In this document: piece after piece, positions 23,168-35,747 of the stretch | Layout of the letters: every line of letters begins with the position of its first letter | How positions within the stretch are numbered: the stretch's first letter is position 1 | Source of the DNA: Eubacteriales bacterium | GTDB taxonomy: Bacteria; Bacillota; Clostridia; Oscillospirales; JAAYXM01 | DNA length: 64,000 bases | Assembly: GCA_045546975.1 (NCBI GenBank) | Contig: JAZQDV010000007.1 | Location: 73,176 to 137,175, forward strand | Reading direction: 5' to 3' | Notes under the pieces: generated by a model | The model's input: only the letters and a program-made list of their open reading frames with translations | Database searches by the model: none | What the model was told of the DNA's origin: nothing | Made by a program: the position numbers and the translations under genes

Positions 23168-24304
23168 ATGACAAAACGAGATATCTTAAAAACAAAGCTC
23201 CGCCCCGTTGACGCTTTCATAAAAGAGAATGTCGTTACGGTCATTGCTTTTTTTGCAGCAATTATAACAAGTATTTTCGTACCTGTTGACCGCGAGTATC
23301 TCGGCTATTTTGACTTCAAGACCTTAACCTGCCTTTTCTGCGTGCTTGCGGTTGTATGCGCGCTTCGCAACATAAACTTCTTTTACGTTCTCGCAAAGAA
23401 GATAGTCCGACTTTTTGCAAACGCAAGGCTTTCCATTCTGGCACTTGTGTATATAACCTTTATCGGGTCAATGCTTATCGCAAACGATATGGCACTTCTG
23501 ACCTTCCTCCCGCTCGGGTACTTTGTTCTTACCACAACGGGTAAGGAAAAGTATATGGCGTTCACCTTTATTATGCAGAATATCGCGGCAAACCTCGGCG
23601 GTATGCTGACTCCCTTCGGCAATCCGCAAAACCTGTATCTCTACACAAAATTCAACATCCCGACAGGCGAGTTTTGTTCGATTATGCTCGCACCGTTTGT
23701 TTTGTCTGTCGTCTTAATCACCGTTTGCTGCGTCTTTATTGTAAAGCCCGAACCACTCGAAATCGAGGATGAGAAGGTTTATCTTGAGCCGAAAAGAACA
23801 GTTTTGTATCTCCTTCTTTTTGCGCTTTCCATCGCGATAGTTTTCCGCACAGTACCGTATCTCATCGGACTTGTTATTATCCCGGCGGTACTCTTTTTCG
23901 CTGACCGGAAGGCACTGCGCGATGTCGACTACCCGCTTCTTCTGACCTTTGTTTTCTTCTTCATATTTGCAGGCAATATGGCGCGGATAGACGCAGTTAA
24001 CAACATTTTTTCCTATCTTCTCGACAAGAGCACACTCCTTTTCAGCGTTGCCTCGTGCCAGGTCATAAGCAACGTTCCCTCATCCATTCTCCTTTCGCAG
24101 TTTGCCACAAACTATAGGGACCTGCTTGTGGGTGTAAACATCGGCGGCGTCGGGACAATTATCTCTTCCCTTGCAAGCCTTATAACAATGCGTGAATACT
24201 CAAAGCACAATCCGGGAAAACTCGGACAGTACATATTTGTCTTTTCAATATATAACTTCGGTTTTCTCTTTATTCTCACAGCGTTTATGATGATTATACG
24301 CTAA
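23168..24304 (+). CDS. Anion permease (ArsB/NhaD / citrate-transporter-like superfamily)
   Basis: 378 aa with about 10 TM helices. Contains LTPFGNPQNL, typical of this superfamily. Confidence 0.65.
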   Translation: MTKRDILKTKLRPVDAFIKENVVTVIAFFAAIITSIFVPVDREYLGYFDFKTLTCLFCVLAVVCALRNINFFYVLAKKIVRLFANARLSILALVYITFIGSMLIANDMALLTFLPLGYFVLTTTGKEKYMAFTFIMQNIAANLGGMLTPFGNPQNLYLYTKFNIPTGEFCSIMLAPFVLSVVLITVCCVFIVKPEPLEIEDEKVYLEPKRTVLYLLLFALSIAIVFRTVPYLIGLVIIPAVLFFADRKALRDVDYPLLLTFVFFFIFAGNMARIDAVNNIFSYLLDKSTLLFSVASCQVISNVPSSILLSQFATNYRDLLVGVNIGGVGTIISSLASLITMREYSKHNPGKLGQYIFVFSIYNFGFLFILTAFMMIIR

Positions 24305-24338
24305 AAGCAGTCTGATTTATAAATCAGACTGCTTTTTT
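24303..24338. terminator. Bidirectional terminator overlapping both stop codons
   Basis: AAAAGCAGTCTGATTT-AT-AAATCAGACTGCTTTT. Confidence 0.75.
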
Positions 24339-24845
24339 GTTCGCTATTTTTAAGATTATCGGGATTAAGACGAGCTGGAGAATTATTCCCGGGAGCGCAT
24401 CGGCAAAGCCCTCTGCAAAGAACATCCCTAAAGCAAATGTTTTTCCTGCCGCTCCTAAAAGTGCTGCCTTTGTAATACCCCAGACTATTCTGCCGAGAAG
24501 CATAGTTATAAGAAGAGCGGGAAAAATTAGCTTAAAGCGTCTTTTGAATATTTTTTCAAAAAAGATTGAGATGAATACTCCGTATGTTGCAAGCTCTGCC
24601 GCCATCCACACAGCATTCGGGTAAATCGGCGGCATGCCGAAAATAGCCGAGCGCAAAAACGGGAGAAGCAATCCACAGGCAAGACCGTATTTCCACCCGC
24701 AGAAAAGTCCGCATAGCATTATGCAAAGATGCATGGGAAGTAATGAGTCGCCTATCTCCTTTATCTGAAAGGTGAGAAGCGGAAGCACCATTCCGAGTGC
24801 AACGAACACGGCCGCATATATAAGTTTTTTTAGCGATTTCTCCAT
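24324..24845 (-). CDS. ECF-transporter S (substrate-capture) component, substrate unknown
   Basis: 173 aa with 5-6 TM helices. Architecture typical of small ECF S components. Confidence 0.55.
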   Translation of the reverse strand: MEKSLKKLIYAAVFVALGMVLPLLTFQIKEIGDSLLPMHLCIMLCGLFCGWKYGLACGLLLPFLRSAIFGMPPIYPNAVWMAAELATYGVFISIFFEKIFKRRFKLIFPALLITMLLGRIVWGITKAALLGAAGKTFALGMFFAEGFADALPGIILQLVLIPIILKIANKKAV

Positions 24846-24956
24846 ATTTTCTCCCTCGCTTTTCTGTTATGAGATATTATACCATTTGCCGAGGTTTATT
24901 ACAAGTTTACAAATCGGTTTGGCGGTGGTAAAATATATATTGAAGTATTATGCAAG

Positions 24957-26927
24957 GTGGTGAGACGAAGTTTGGGCAAGTTTGTTATACATTCCGACTA
25001 CAAACCGACAGGCGACCAGCCGCGAGCTATAGACGAGCTTTCGCGCGGTATTCGGCTTGGTATGAGCGAACAGACACTTCTTGGCGTTACGGGTTCAGGT
25101 AAGACCTTTACCATGGCAAACATCATCGAGCGCGTGCAGAAACCCACTCTCGTTCTTGCCCATAACAAAACTCTTGCCGCCCAGCTCTGCTCTGAGCTAA
25201 AGGCATTTTTCCCCGAAAATGCGGTGGAATATTTTGTTTCCTACTTTGACTATTATCAGCCAGAGGCATACATTCCCCACACTGATACCTATATAGAGAA
25301 GGATTCCTCAACAAACGAGGAGATTGACCGTCTCCGCCACAGCGCAACGGCGTCACTCGGAGAGCGGCGCGATGTTATCATTGTCGCAAGCGTTTCGTGT
25401 ATATACGGCCTCGGTGACCCTATTGACTATTCAAGCATGGTAGTCTCGCTTCGTCCCGGTATGACGCGCGAACGCGACGAGGTTATCAGGAAGCTTATCG
25501 AAATAAGATACGAGCGCAATGACGTTGCCTTTGAACGAAACAAGTTCCGTGTACGCGGAGACACGATAGAAATTTTCCCCGTATACTCAACCGATACGGG
25601 TATCCGCGTGGAGTTTTTTGGTGATGAGGTTGATAAAATCTCTGAAATTAACATAGTTACTGGCTCGGTAAAGTGTGAGCTCTCACACGTTGCAATATAT
25701 CCTGCATCTCACTACGTCTCAACACCCGAAAAAATGGCAAAAGCATGCAATGAAATCATTGACGAGATGGAGCATTGTGTAAAGATATTTGAAGATGACG
25801 GGAAGCTTCTGGAGGCACAACGTCTCCGTCAGAGAACGGAATACGACGTTGAAATGATAGAGGAGCTCGGGTACTGCACGGGTATCGAAAACTACTCGCG
25901 TATTATAAGCGGCCGTGAGCCTGGCTCTGCCCCGTTCACACTTATGGACTACTTCCCCGACGATTTTCTCCTTATAGTTGACGAGTCGCACGTCACGCTT
26001 CCGCAGGTGCGCGGAATGTATGCAGGTGACCGTGCGCGAAAGGAAACTCTTGTTAAATACGGCTTCAGGCTCCCCTCGGCGTTTGACAACCGTCCTCTCA
26101 ATTTCGAGGAGTTTGAAAATCACATAAACCAGGTAATCTACGTTTCTGCAACCCCGGGTGAGTATGAAAGAACACGCTCAGCTCAGATAACCGAGCAGCT
26201 CATCCGCCCGACAGGGCTTTTAGATCCCGAGGTTATCATACGCCCCACCGAAGGCCAGATTGACGACCTTATCGGTGAGATAAATGCACGCGTGGAAAAG
26301 AAGGAACGCGTCCTTGTGACGACGCTCACGAAAAAGATGGCAGAAAACCTAACCACGTACCTTGAGGGTGCAGGAATAAGAGTAAAGTATCTCCACCACA
26401 ACGTCGAAACAATTGAACGCATGGAGATTATACGCGACCTCCGTCTCGGTACATTTGATGTGCTTGTGGGAATCAACCTTCTGCGTGAGGGTCTTGATAT
26501 CCCGGAGGTTTCGCTCGTTGCAATACTTGATGCCGATAAGGAGGGCTTTCTCCGAAGCGAGACCTCGCTTATTCAGACGATGGGCCGAGCTGCAAGAAAC
26601 GAAAACGGAAAGGTCATTATGTACGCCGATACCGTAACCGGCTCAATGCAGCGCGCAATGGATGAAACAAAGCGTAGGAGAAGTCTTCAGCAATCTTACA
26701 ACACCGAGCACGGAATTGTTCCGAAGACGATAAAGAAGGATGTTGCGGCACTCCTTGAAATTTCAAAGGGCGCAGAGAGAGGAAAGGCGGACAAGCTTTC
26801 AAAACAGGAACGCGAAGAGCTTATCCGCAAGCTCGAAAAGGATATGAGGGAAGCGGCAAAGCTTCTTGAGTTTGAATACGCGGCACTTCTCCGCGACAGA
26901 ATAATGGAACTACGCTCCGAAAAATAA
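24957..26927 (+). CDS. uvrB: Excinuclease ABC subunit B
   Basis: [16 protein letters not shown] Walker A and the C-terminal UVR motif [12 protein letters not shown]. The true start may be the TTG at 24972. Confidence 0.95.
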   Translation: MVRRSLGKFVIHSDYKPTGDQPRAIDELSRGIRLGMSEQTLLGVTGSGKTFTMANIIERVQKPTLVLAHNKTLAAQLCSELKAFFPENAVEYFVSYFDYYQPEAYIPHTDTYIEKDSSTNEEIDRLRHSATASLGERRDVIIVASVSCIYGLGDPIDYSSMVVSLRPGMTRERDEVIRKLIEIRYERNDVAFERNKFRVRGDTIEIFPVYSTDTGIRVEFFGDEVDKISEINIVTGSVKCELSHVAIYPASHYVSTPEKMAKACNEIIDEMEHCVKIFEDDGKLLEAQRLRQRTEYDVEMIEELGYCTGIENYSRIISGREPGSAPFTLMDYFPDDFLLIVDESHVTLPQVRGMYAGDRARKETLVKYGFRLPSAFDNRPLNFEEFENHINQVIYVSATPGEYERTRSAQITEQLIRPTGLLDPEVIIRPTEGQIDDLIGEINARVEKKERVLVTTLTKKMAENLTTYLEGAGIRVKYLHHNVETIERMEIIRDLRLGTFDVLVGINLLREGLDIPEVSLVAILDADKEGFLRSETSLIQTMGRAARNENGKVIMYADTVTGSMQRAMDETKRRRSLQQSYNTEHGIVPKTIKKDVAALLEISKGAERGKADKLSKQEREELIRKLEKDMREAAKLLEFEYAALLRDRIMELRSEK

Positions 26928-26945
26928 TCTGTAGGATTTGAGAAT

Positions 26946-29774
26946 ATGAGTAAAGAAATTTTTATTAAAGGTGCAAGAGAGCACAACTTAAAAAACATAG
27001 ATGTTAAAATCCCGCGCGACAGCCTTGTTGTCGTTACTGGGCTTTCAGGCTCGGGTAAGTCAAGCCTTGCCTTTGATACTGTCTATGCAGAGGGCCAGAG
27101 GCGGTATGTGGAGTCTCTCTCATCATACGCAAGAATGTTCCTCGGCAGGATGGAAAAGCCGGATGTCGACTACATTGAGGGGCTCTCTCCCGCTATATCC
27201 ATTGACCAGAAAACGACATCAAAAAACCCGCGTTCTACAGTAGGAACGGTTACGGAAATTTACGACTATCTCCGTCTTTTGTGGGCGAGAGTAGGCACTC
27301 CCCACTGCCCCGTATGCGGAAAGGTCATTGAGCAGCAGACGGTTGACCAGATTTGCGACAGGATAATGGAGCTTGCTGAGGGTACCAAGTTCCAGATTCT
27401 CGCACCCGTTGTGCGCGGTCGCAAGGGTGAGCACGAAAAGGTTTTTGAGAACGCGAAGAAGTCTGGCTTTGTGCGCGCAAGGGTAGATGGCAATCTGTAT
27501 GACCTTTCAGAGACAATAAAGCTTGAAAAGAATAAAAAGCACAATATTGAGATTATAATCGACCGCCTCGTTATAAAGAGCGGCATTGAGATGCGCCTTG
27601 CAGACTCTATCGAGACTGCGACAAACCTTGCAGGCGGACTTGTTCTTGTCGATGTTATCGGTGGAGAGGAACTTTCATTCTCTCAGAACTATGCCTGCGA
27701 TGATTGCGGAATAAGCATAGAGGAGCTCACTCCGCGCATGTTCTCCTTCAACAACCCCCACGGCGCATGCCCTGAGTGTGCAGGTCTCGGCTCACTTTTG
27801 CGTGTTGATCCCGATTCGATAATCCCCGATAAGTCGAAGTCAATTCTTGACGGTGCGATACACGCATCGGGCTGGGGAAACCCTATACCCGGCTCAATTT
27901 CGCGTATGTACTACGACGGTCTTGCAAAGGTCTATAGCTTTGACCTTTCTACCCCCGTGTGCGATATTCCGGAAGCGGCATATAACGCTCTCCTCTACGG
28001 TACGGGTGGCGAAAAAATCCCCCTGCATTACGACAAATCGTACGGAAAGGGCGATTATACTCAGGCTTTTGAAGGCCTCGTTGCAAACCTTGAGCGCAGA
28101 TACCACGAGACTGCAAGTGAATACTCAAAGGCAGAGATTGAGGAGTGTATGATAAATACACCCTGCCCTAAATGTAACGGAAAAAGGCTTCGAGCAGAGG
28201 CACTTGCAGTTACCGTTGGCGGTATAAATATCGCCGAAATGTGCGAAAAGTCAGTTGTTGACGCACTCAAATTTATATGCGAGGTTGAAGATACCCTTAC
28301 GCAAAGGCAGAAAAAAATAGCTGAGCTTATTCTCCGCGAGATTAAGGCAAGACTCGGCTTTCTCGAGAGTGTTGGACTTTCATACCTCACACTTTCAAGA
28401 AGTGCCGGCACTCTTTCGGGCGGCGAGAGTCAGAGAATACGCCTTGCAACTCAGATAGGTTCTTCTCTTATGGGTGTTTTATATATCCTTGACGAGCCGT
28501 CAATCGGTCTTCATCAGAAGGACAACGCGAAGCTTCTCACGACTCTTGAAAGACTTCGCGACCTCGGAAACACGCTTATCGTTGTTGAACACGACGAGGA
28601 CACTATGCGCGCAGCTGACCACATTATTGATGTCGGACCGGGCGCAGGTGTTCACGGCGGTGAGATTGTAGCAAGCGGTACAATCTCCGATATAATCGCG
28701 CAGCCACGCTCAATCACAGGCCAGTACCTCTCAGGCAAAAAGACCATCCCCGTCCCCGAGGTACGCCGCAGCGGAAACGGAAAGTTTATTGAAATCCGAG
28801 GCGCAAAGGAAAACAACCTCAAAAACATAGACGTTAAAATCCCGCTTGGAAAACTCACCTGCATCACGGGTGTTTCCGGCTCAGGAAAGAGCTCACTCAC
28901 AAACGAAATCCTCTATAAACATCTTGCAGCGTGTCTCAACGGTGCAAAAACGCATCCTGGAAAGTTTGATGAGTTTCGCGGCATAGAGCACCTTGATAAG
29001 ATTATAGACATCGACCAGTCACCTATCGGGCGCACTCCGCGTTCAAACCCGGCAACATACACGGGCGTTTTCGGAGATATACGAAGTCTCTTTGCGATGA
29101 CGCCCGATGCAAAAATGCGCGGATACACAAGCGGTCGCTTCTCATTTAACGTAAAGGGCGGAAGGTGTGAGGCATGCGCAGGTGACGGCGTAAACAAAAT
29201 TGAGATGCATTTTCTCCCCGATATTTATGTCACCTGTGATGTGTGCCACGGTATGAGATACAACCGTGAAACGCTCGAGGTAAAATATAAGGGCAAGAAT
29301 ATAGCAGAGGTTCTTGATATGACGTGTGAAGAGGCATATGAGTTCTTCCGCCATGTTCCAAAAATTGCAAGCAAGCTCAAAACACTCAACGACGTTGGTC
29401 TTGGATATATAAAGCTCGGCCAGTCCTCCACCACCTTGTCCGGAGGCGAGGCACAGCGAGTAAAGCTTGCAACAGAGCTCTCTCGTCGCAGTACGGGAAA
29501 AACCATATACATCCTTGACGAGCCGACAACAGGTCTTCACGTTGCAGACGTACACAGGCTCATCGATATGCTCTCGCTCCTTACCGATGCCGGCAATACG
29601 GTAGTTGTCATCGAGCACAATCTTGATGTTATAAAGACCGCAGACCATATCATCGACCTCGGTCCCGACGGCGGTGACGGTGGCGGCAGAATTGTCTGCG
29701 AAGGAACACCCGAGGAAGTCGCAAAGTGTAAAAAATCATACACCGGCGAATATCTTAAAAATATATTGAAGTAG
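26946..29774 (+). CDS. uvrA: Excinuclease ABC subunit A
   Basis: 942 aa. Two ABC modules ([12 protein letters not shown] and [10 protein letters not shown]), zinc-finger cysteines, LSGGE signatures. Confidence 0.95.
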   Translation: MSKEIFIKGAREHNLKNIDVKIPRDSLVVVTGLSGSGKSSLAFDTVYAEGQRRYVESLSSYARMFLGRMEKPDVDYIEGLSPAISIDQKTTSKNPRSTVGTVTEIYDYLRLLWARVGTPHCPVCGKVIEQQTVDQICDRIMELAEGTKFQILAPVVRGRKGEHEKVFENAKKSGFVRARVDGNLYDLSETIKLEKNKKHNIEIIIDRLVIKSGIEMRLADSIETATNLAGGLVLVDVIGGEELSFSQNYACDDCGISIEELTPRMFSFNNPHGACPECAGLGSLLRVDPDSIIPDKSKSILDGAIHASGWGNPIPGSISRMYYDGLAKVYSFDLSTPVCDIPEAAYNALLYGTGGEKIPLHYDKSYGKGDYTQAFEGLVANLERRYHETASEYSKAEIEECMINTPCPKCNGKRLRAEALAVTVGGINIAEMCEKSVVDALKFICEVEDTLTQRQKKIAELILREIKARLGFLESVGLSYLTLSRSAGTLSGGESQRIRLATQIGSSLMGVLYILDEPSIGLHQKDNAKLLTTLERLRDLGNTLIVVEHDEDTMRAADHIIDVGPGAGVHGGEIVASGTISDIIAQPRSITGQYLSGKKTIPVPEVRRSGNGKFIEIRGAKENNLKNIDVKIPLGKLTCITGVSGSGKSSLTNEILYKHLAACLNGAKTHPGKFDEFRGIEHLDKIIDIDQSPIGRTPRSNPATYTGVFGDIRSLFAMTPDAKMRGYTSGRFSFNVKGGRCEACAGDGVNKIEMHFLPDIYVTCDVCHGMRYNRETLEVKYKGKNIAEVLDMTCEEAYEFFRHVPKIASKLKTLNDVGLGYIKLGQSSTTLSGGEAQRVKLATELSRRSTGKTIYILDEPTTGLHVADVHRLIDMLSLLTDAGNTVVVIEHNLDVIKTADHIIDLGPDGGDGGGRIVCEGTPEEVAKCKKSYTGEYLKNILK

Positions 29775-29782
29775 GTGGAAGT

Positions 29783-30535
29783 ATGTTAAAAACAAAAAGC
29801 GGAATAGGACTTTCTGCATTTGCTCTTAAAATTATCGCGATTGCCTCTATGCTTTCCTCTCATATCTCGATAATGTTCCCAGACAACATTCCAAAAAAGT
29901 TTTTGCTCCCCATGGTTCTTTTCGGAAGACTCGCTTTCCCCATTTTTGCCTTCTTTGTGGCAAATGGCTGGGAAAAGACAAGAAGCAGGTGGAAATATGC
30001 ATTCAGGCTTTTTGTCATGGCAGTTTTTTCGCAAATTCCATTTCTTGTAGGACTTCACGGAATTGCATGGCAGGGGCTTTCAACTGTAACAAGCTTTCCG
30101 ACGCTCAATATAGGTTTCACCTTTCTTCTTGCAATGCTCTCACTCCTTGTCTATGACTTTTTGAGAGATATGAAGCTTCCAAAACCACTTTCCCTTATTA
30201 TTGCACTTATCCCCGCCCTCGCTTTTGAGTTTCTTACCCCTCTGCATGTGGAATACGGATATGTGGGCATTTTTCTCGTTCTTGTTATGTATATAACAAA
30301 AAACGACGCTCTCACCTTTGCGCTTTCAACAATCGCCACCCTTGCATTTATGATCGGAAGAATTGACCTACCGGTATTCTCGGTCAATCTCTACCTTCTC
30401 GCTACATATATCGTTTCAATCGCCCTGCTCCTTCTCTATAACGGAAGACGCGGTGCGAGTGCCAAGTATCTCTTCTATGTATTCTATCCGTTGCACATAA
30501 TAGTTCTTCTGCTTATAAAGAACATTGTATTTTAG
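29783..30535 (+). CDS. TraX-family membrane protein
   Basis: 250 aa, polytopic. N-terminal LSAFALKIIAIASMLSSHI is typical of TraX. Confidence 0.75.
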   Translation: MLKTKSGIGLSAFALKIIAIASMLSSHISIMFPDNIPKKFLLPMVLFGRLAFPIFAFFVANGWEKTRSRWKYAFRLFVMAVFSQIPFLVGLHGIAWQGLSTVTSFPTLNIGFTFLLAMLSLLVYDFLRDMKLPKPLSLIIALIPALAFEFLTPLHVEYGYVGIFLVLVMYITKNDALTFALSTIATLAFMIGRIDLPVFSVNLYLLATYIVSIALLLLYNGRRGASAKYLFYVFYPLHIIVLLLIKNIVF

Positions 30536-30543
30536 TTCAAAAC

Positions 30544-30586
30544 AAAAAACCGATTTGAGACTTCCTGTCTCAAATCGGTTTTTTTA
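30544..30586. terminator. Bidirectional terminator between traX-like and ftsH
   Basis: AAAAAACCGATTTGAGAC-TTCCT-GTCTCAAATCGGTTTTTT. Confidence 0.8.
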
Positions 30587-30588
30587 TT

Positions 30589-32493
30589 TTATTCTTCTGT
30601 TTTGTCGTCCTGTACTTCAGGAGTTTCCTCTTCGCTTTTCTCCTCACGCTCGGGAACTGATTCACCAAAGAGTGCGTAGAAGTCCTCCGCCTCCATGGTT
30701 TCCTTTTCGAGAAGGAAGCTTGCAACGCTGTGGAGCTTATCCATGTTTTCATTCAGGATAGCTTCGCACTTCTTGTACGCATCATCGACGATTGAACGAA
30801 CCTCGCTGTCGATGATTCCTGCGACTTCTTCAGAATAGGCGCGTTTTTCAGCAAAGTCACGACCGAGGAATACCTCGTTGTGATCAGACGCAAAGCTTAT
30901 CGGACCGAGGCGGTCGCTCATGCCGTATTTTGTTACCATATCGCGTGCAATTGCGGATGCACGCTGAAGGTCGTTTGAAGCACCTGTGGAAATATCGTCA
31001 AGCACAAGCTTTTCTGCAACACGTCCGCCAAGGAGAGATATGATGTCCTCGTTCATAGCAGTTTTGGACTTTGTGTATACATCCTCACGCGGAAGTGAGA
31101 TTGTATATCCGTTTGCCATACCGCGCGGTATAATTGAGATGTGATGAACGGGGTCCTGCGTCGGAAGGAACTTCATTGCTATCGCGTGGCCTGCCTCGTG
31201 GTATGCGACAAGCTTGTTTTCCTGCTCGCTTCTTACACGGTTTTTCTTTGCTGGACCTGCGATAATCTTGAGCATTGATTTTTCAATATCGTCCTGCTCT
31301 ATTTCCTTGACTCCGCGACGTGCAGCAAGGAGAGCCGCTTCGTTGAGGAGGTTTTCAAGATCTGCAGGAGTGAAACCGCTGGTGGTTTTTGCAACTGTGC
31401 GAAGGCTTACATCTTTTCCGACTTTTTTGTTGCGCGCGTGAATTTCAAGCACCTTTTCACGGTCACGAAGGTCGGGAACTCCCACATAAACCTGGCGGTC
31501 AAATCTTCCCGGACGCATAAGCGCAGGGTCGAGAATGTCCGGGCGGTTTGTAGCCGCGATGATTATTACACCCTCGTTATTTCCAAAGCCGTCCATCTCA
31601 ACAAGGAGCTGGTTGAGGGTCTGCTCACGCTCATCGTGTCCACCGCCGTAACCCGCACCACGGTGACGGCCAACAGCATCAATTTCGTCTATAAAGATAA
31701 TAGCGGGCGCTACCTTTTTTGCCTGTTCAAAGAGGTCGCGGACGCGAGATGCACCTACACCTACATAGAGCTCGACAAAGTCAGAGCCTGATATCGAAAG
31801 GAATGGCACCCCCGCCTCTCCTGCAACCGCCTTTGCAATATATGTTTTACCTGTTCCCGGAGGTCCGACAAGAAGCACGCCTTTCGGGATTCTTGCGCCG
31901 ATTTCGGTAAACTTTTTGGGGTCTTTGAGGAAGTCTACTATCTCTGCAAGCTCCTGCTTTTCTTCCTCAGCACCTGCAACATCTGCAAAGGTGACTTTCT
32001 TCTTTTCATCGCTTCCAAGCTTTGTTCTCGCCTTGCCAAAGCGCATTGCCTTGCCTGCACCGCCGTCTGCTTTGTTGAACATAAAGAACCACATAAGACC
32101 GATTACAACAAAGACGAGAAGATACGGAAGGATTACCATCCACCACGGAGTTCCCTCTTCGGGCATTCTATCGTCATTTTCGATAATACCTTCACTTCTC
32201 TGAACACGGAGAAGCTCACCGAGGTCGTTTCTGAAGTCTGCTCTTACCTGTGGGTCGGTAAGGTCAAAGGTTATTATGTCCTGACCGTTTTCATAGGGTT
32301 TTTTCAGCTTTGCGGTCAGCATTCCGCCGTCTATAACATATTCCTTGACATTCTCCGCCTCGAACTGACGGACAACCTCGGCATAAGTTATCTTCTCCTG
32401 CGGAGTGCCGTCAAACAGGTATGTTGCAAACGACACAAGTATGGATATTATGAGAATAAATATCAAAATATCTCTGGTGTTGTTTTTCTTCAC
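30589..32493 (-). CDS. ftsH: ATP-dependent zinc metalloprotease FtsH
   Basis: GPPGTGKT Walker A, the AAA second region of homology, and the HEAGH zinc motif. Confidence 0.95.
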   Translation of the reverse strand: MKKNNTRDILIFILIISILVSFATYLFDGTPQEKITYAEVVRQFEAENVKEYVIDGGMLTAKLKKPYENGQDIITFDLTDPQVRADFRNDLGELLRVQRSEGIIENDDRMPEEGTPWWMVILPYLLVFVVIGLMWFFMFNKADGGAGKAMRFGKARTKLGSDEKKKVTFADVAGAEEEKQELAEIVDFLKDPKKFTEIGARIPKGVLLVGPPGTGKTYIAKAVAGEAGVPFLSISGSDFVELYVGVGASRVRDLFEQAKKVAPAIIFIDEIDAVGRHRGAGYGGGHDEREQTLNQLLVEMDGFGNNEGVIIIAATNRPDILDPALMRPGRFDRQVYVGVPDLRDREKVLEIHARNKKVGKDVSLRTVAKTTSGFTPADLENLLNEAALLAARRGVKEIEQDDIEKSMLKIIAGPAKKNRVRSEQENKLVAYHEAGHAIAMKFLPTQDPVHHISIIPRGMANGYTISLPREDVYTKSKTAMNEDIISLLGGRVAEKLVLDDISTGASNDLQRASAIARDMVTKYGMSDRLGPISFASDHNEVFLGRDFAEKRAYSEEVAGIIDSEVRSIVDDAYKKCEAILNENMDKLHSVASFLLEKETMEAEDFYALFGESVPEREEKSEEETPEVQDDKTEE

Positions 32494-32510
32494 AATGTCA
32501 CTTCCTTAGG

Positions 32511-33065
32511 TTATTTTTCGTAAACTTCGCGCTTGAGTATTCCTACATACGGTAGGTTTCTGTATTTTTCTGCATAATCGAGTCCGTAACCGACCACGAA
32601 CTCATTTTCTATATCAAAGCCGATGTAATCAGCTTTTACCTCAACAGTTCTGCGCTCGGGCTTGTTAAGAAGTACACAGAGAGCGACAGAACGTGCACCG
32701 CGCCCCATAAGAATCGGGAAAAGTCTTGAGAGGGTGACTCCCGTATCAAGAATATCCTCGACGACGATAACATCGCGATCCTTTATGTCTGTCGACAAAT
32801 CCTGCTTTATATTAAGCTCGCCGGATGTTACGGTACCCTCACCGTAGCTTGATACCTTCATAAAATCGATATCACACGGAAAATCGAGTGCACGTACAAG
32901 GTCCGCCGTGAATATGAGCGAGCCTTTCAATATACATAATATAAGCGGATTTTTCCCCTCGTATTCGCATTTTATTTCATTTGCAAGTTTTTTTACTTTT
33001 TCGGCAATTTCCTCTTCTGTAATAAGGATTCTCTCAATGTCTTTTTGCAAGTCCCCACACCTCAA
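32511..33065 (-). CDS. hpt: Hypoxanthine phosphoribosyltransferase
   Basis: VVVEDILDTGVTL PRPP-binding motif. Lies between tilS and ftsH. The exact start is uncertain. Confidence 0.9.
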   Translation of the reverse strand: MRCGDLQKDIERILITEEEIAEKVKKLANEIKCEYEGKNPLILCILKGSLIFTADLVRALDFPCDIDFMKVSSYGEGTVTSGELNIKQDLSTDIKDRDVIVVEDILDTGVTLSRLFPILMGRGARSVALCVLLNKPERRTVEVKADYIGFDIENEFVVGYGLDYAEKYRNLPYVGILKREVYEK

Positions 33066-34411
33066 ATTCTTTCTGTCTCTATTTTTAACGCTGTTTCCCC
33101 TTCAGAAACCGCTGTCCTTTCGTCGGCACCAAAACCGTATACGAAAAGCACATTGTCCCCGTCTGTAATTACAGGGATTTTTTCTCTTTCATTTTTCGGG
33201 ATTTTCCCGTCGATAAAAAGCTTTTTGAGTGTCCTTCGCGGACGCTTTTTTAGCTTTAGTTCATCTCCCGTTTTCCGTGTGCGGACCGCAAGACCGTCCT
33301 CTATTCTACCACAGGAAATATGGAAAATATTTAATGAATTATGAATTTTTTCATTTTCATCCAATTTTTTTACGGTTATTTTATATCCGCCCCAGAAGTT
33401 CTCACCAAGATCGAGCTTTTGTGGTTTTAGTGTTTCTTCCTCTGCCCTTTTCTCAAAAACGAGCTTTTCATACTCTCTGCGACAGAAAAGTCCCATTGGT
33501 AACGTAATCTCACCTGACGGTGAGCGGCTTGAGAGGAGCTTTTCGATATCCGATATATGGCACGCGGAGAGCGTGTACGAACCGTCCTCCATCGCGTTTT
33601 TTGAAAGGATAGCACATACACCTGCAAAAAGCACGGGCTCACATCCAAGCAGGTCCTCACACCTGCACGAAGTGTGGGTCAGCGCGATTTCGCGAAACTT
33701 CTCCTTTGCCGCGGCAGAAATAAAATCTGCTGCACGACCGACAATGCGCGAGGTCCTGTATGCATTTGCAACAGCGCCGGAATTCACCTTCAGAAGCGCC
33801 GGAATCGCGTTGTGTCGAATCATATTGCGAGAGTATACTGTATCGTCGTTTGACTTATCAACGCAGTAATCAATACCGTTTTTCTTCGCATACTCCTCAA
33901 TTTCCTCACGGCTTACGGAAATAAGCGGACGGATTATATTGTCACGGGTGACAGGTATACCTGAAAGGCCGTCAATTCCGCTTCCGCGCGCAAGATTCAA
34001 GAGAATCGTTTCAAGGTTATCGTTTGCGTTATGCGCTGTTGCAATCTTTGTTGCCAAAAGCTTTTCCTTTGCCCGCATGAGAAACTCATAACGCACATTT
34101 CGCGCAGAAAGCTCTATTGACTCGCGAGTGTCTTTTGCGATTGCCGCGACATCTGCCCTCTCGGATATAAAATCAATGCCGTATTTCTCGCACTTTGCTC
34201 TTGCAAACTCCTCATCACTCAAAGAATCCTCACCGCGGAGCATGTGGTTTAAGTGCGCCGCACAAACGGAGATTCCAAGCTCGTCTGAGAGTGCTATCAG
34301 TGCATCAAGCATAACGGAAGAATCCATACCGCCCGAAAGTGCGCACAAAACCCGGTCACCACGGGATAAGAGATTATTCTGTTTTACTGTATCTGTAATC
34401 TTAGTAAGCAT
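33062..34411 (-). CDS. tilS: tRNA(Ile)-lysidine synthetase
   Basis: SGGMDS PP-loop. Start trimmed to MLTKITD (the longer ORF overlaps dnaB). Confidence 0.85.
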   Translation of the reverse strand: MLTKITDTVKQNNLLSRGDRVLCALSGGMDSSVMLDALIALSDELGISVCAAHLNHMLRGEDSLSDEEFARAKCEKYGIDFISERADVAAIAKDTRESIELSARNVRYEFLMRAKEKLLATKIATAHNANDNLETILLNLARGSGIDGLSGIPVTRDNIIRPLISVSREEIEEYAKKNGIDYCVDKSNDDTVYSRNMIRHNAIPALLKVNSGAVANAYRTSRIVGRAADFISAAAKEKFREIALTHTSCRCEDLLGCEPVLFAGVCAILSKNAMEDGSYTLSACHISDIEKLLSSRSPSGEITLPMGLFCRREYEKLVFEKRAEEETLKPQKLDLGENFWGGYKITVKKLDENEKIHNSLNIFHISCGRIEDGLAVRTRKTGDELKLKKRPRRTLKKLFIDGKIPKNEREKIPVITDGDNVLFVYGFGADERTAVSEGETALKIETERI

Positions 34412-35714
34412 GTGAGTTGTCAATTGAAGTAAACTTCGTATACTTTCCGTCCCAATGCAGGTCAATATCGCCTGTGCTTCCGTGGCGGTTTTTCTCTATA
34501 AGGAGCTTTACCGTCTCAGGAGTTTCGGGGTTTTCGCGATAAAGAATCATTACAACGTCAGCATCCTGCTCAATTGCGCCCGATTCACGAAGGTCGGAAA
34601 GGCGCGGACGGCGTTCCTGCTTATCACTACTTCGAGAAAGCTGTGAAAGGCAGAGAATCGGTACATTCAAATCCTTTGCCATAATCTTGAGTGCTCTGGA
34701 AATTGCCGCAACCTCGTTTGCGCGGCTGTCCGAACGGATACCTGACGACACAAGCTGGAGATAGTCGACTATTACAAGGCCGATTTCTTCACCGAGGCGA
34801 CGGCACTTTGCCTTCATTTCGCTTACTGTTATTCCCGTTGCATCGGCGAGATAAATTTTTGTCTTTGCAAGGGTTTCGGATGCATGGGCGATAGACACCC
34901 ACTCATCCTCACTCAGAAGTCCTGTTCTGAGCTTTTTGGAATCAACAAGCGCCTCTCCTGAAATAAGACGGAGAGCAAGCTGTTCGTTTGACATTTCAAG
35001 AGAGAAAACAACTACTGCCTTACCGCTCTGCTTTGCAGCATTTGTGCAGATATTGAGCGCAAAGCTCGTTTTACCGACACCGGTATTAGCCGCAAGGATA
35101 ACAAGGTCTGAGTTATTAAGACCCGTCAGGAATGAGTCTACGGTAGAAAAGCCCGTGGGTGTTCCCGGGAGCTTTCCTGCGTTCTTTGCAAGGTTTCCTA
35201 GATGCGTGTATGTACTCTCCAGAACGTCACGGATAGGCGCGATTGCACGGCTCTTCTTCTCGCTTCGGATTTCATATATCTTCTGCTCTGCAAGCTCGAC
35301 AACATCGTCCGCCTCACCCTCGCCCGATGCGATTATATTGTGAATCTCAGCGGCGGTTTCGTCCAGATTACGAAGAAGGGATTTGTCCCTGACTATCCTT
35401 ATATACTGCGCGACATTTGCAGCTGTCGGAGTTATGTCGAGCAGCTTTAAGATATACGAACGTCCGCCCGCGGCATCCAAAGTGCCGCTGACGGTGAGTT
35501 TGTTTATGACGGTGACGGGGTCTACCGTTTCATTTAGCGTGAACATGCTCTGGATTGCCTCGAAAATAGCTCTGTTCTGTGAAACATAAAAGTCGTCTGC
35601 GCGGAGATGCTCAAGTACCTCAGGCACACAGCCTGCGTCCAGAAGCATTGAGCCGAGAACTGACTGTTCTGCCTCTACATTATGCGGAAGCTTTGCACCG
35701 ATAAGCTCGTCCAT
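34401..35714 (-). CDS. dnaB: Replicative DNA helicase
   Basis: N-terminal PHNVEAEQSVLGSML, Walker A ANTGVGKTSFAL, and IVDYLQL. Confidence 0.95.
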   Translation of the reverse strand: MDELIGAKLPHNVEAEQSVLGSMLLDAGCVPEVLEHLRADDFYVSQNRAIFEAIQSMFTLNETVDPVTVINKLTVSGTLDAAGGRSYILKLLDITPTAANVAQYIRIVRDKSLLRNLDETAAEIHNIIASGEGEADDVVELAEQKIYEIRSEKKSRAIAPIRDVLESTYTHLGNLAKNAGKLPGTPTGFSTVDSFLTGLNNSDLVILAANTGVGKTSFALNICTNAAKQSGKAVVVFSLEMSNEQLALRLISGEALVDSKKLRTGLLSEDEWVSIAHASETLAKTKIYLADATGITVSEMKAKCRRLGEEIGLVIVDYLQLVSSGIRSDSRANEVAAISRALKIMAKDLNVPILCLSQLSRSSDKQERRPRLSDLRESGAIEQDADVVMILYRENPETPETVKLLIEKNRHGSTGDIDLHWDGKYTKFTSIDNSHAY

Positions 35715-35747
35715 TGCTTTCCCCTCCCTTAAAGCCGATTTTTCGGC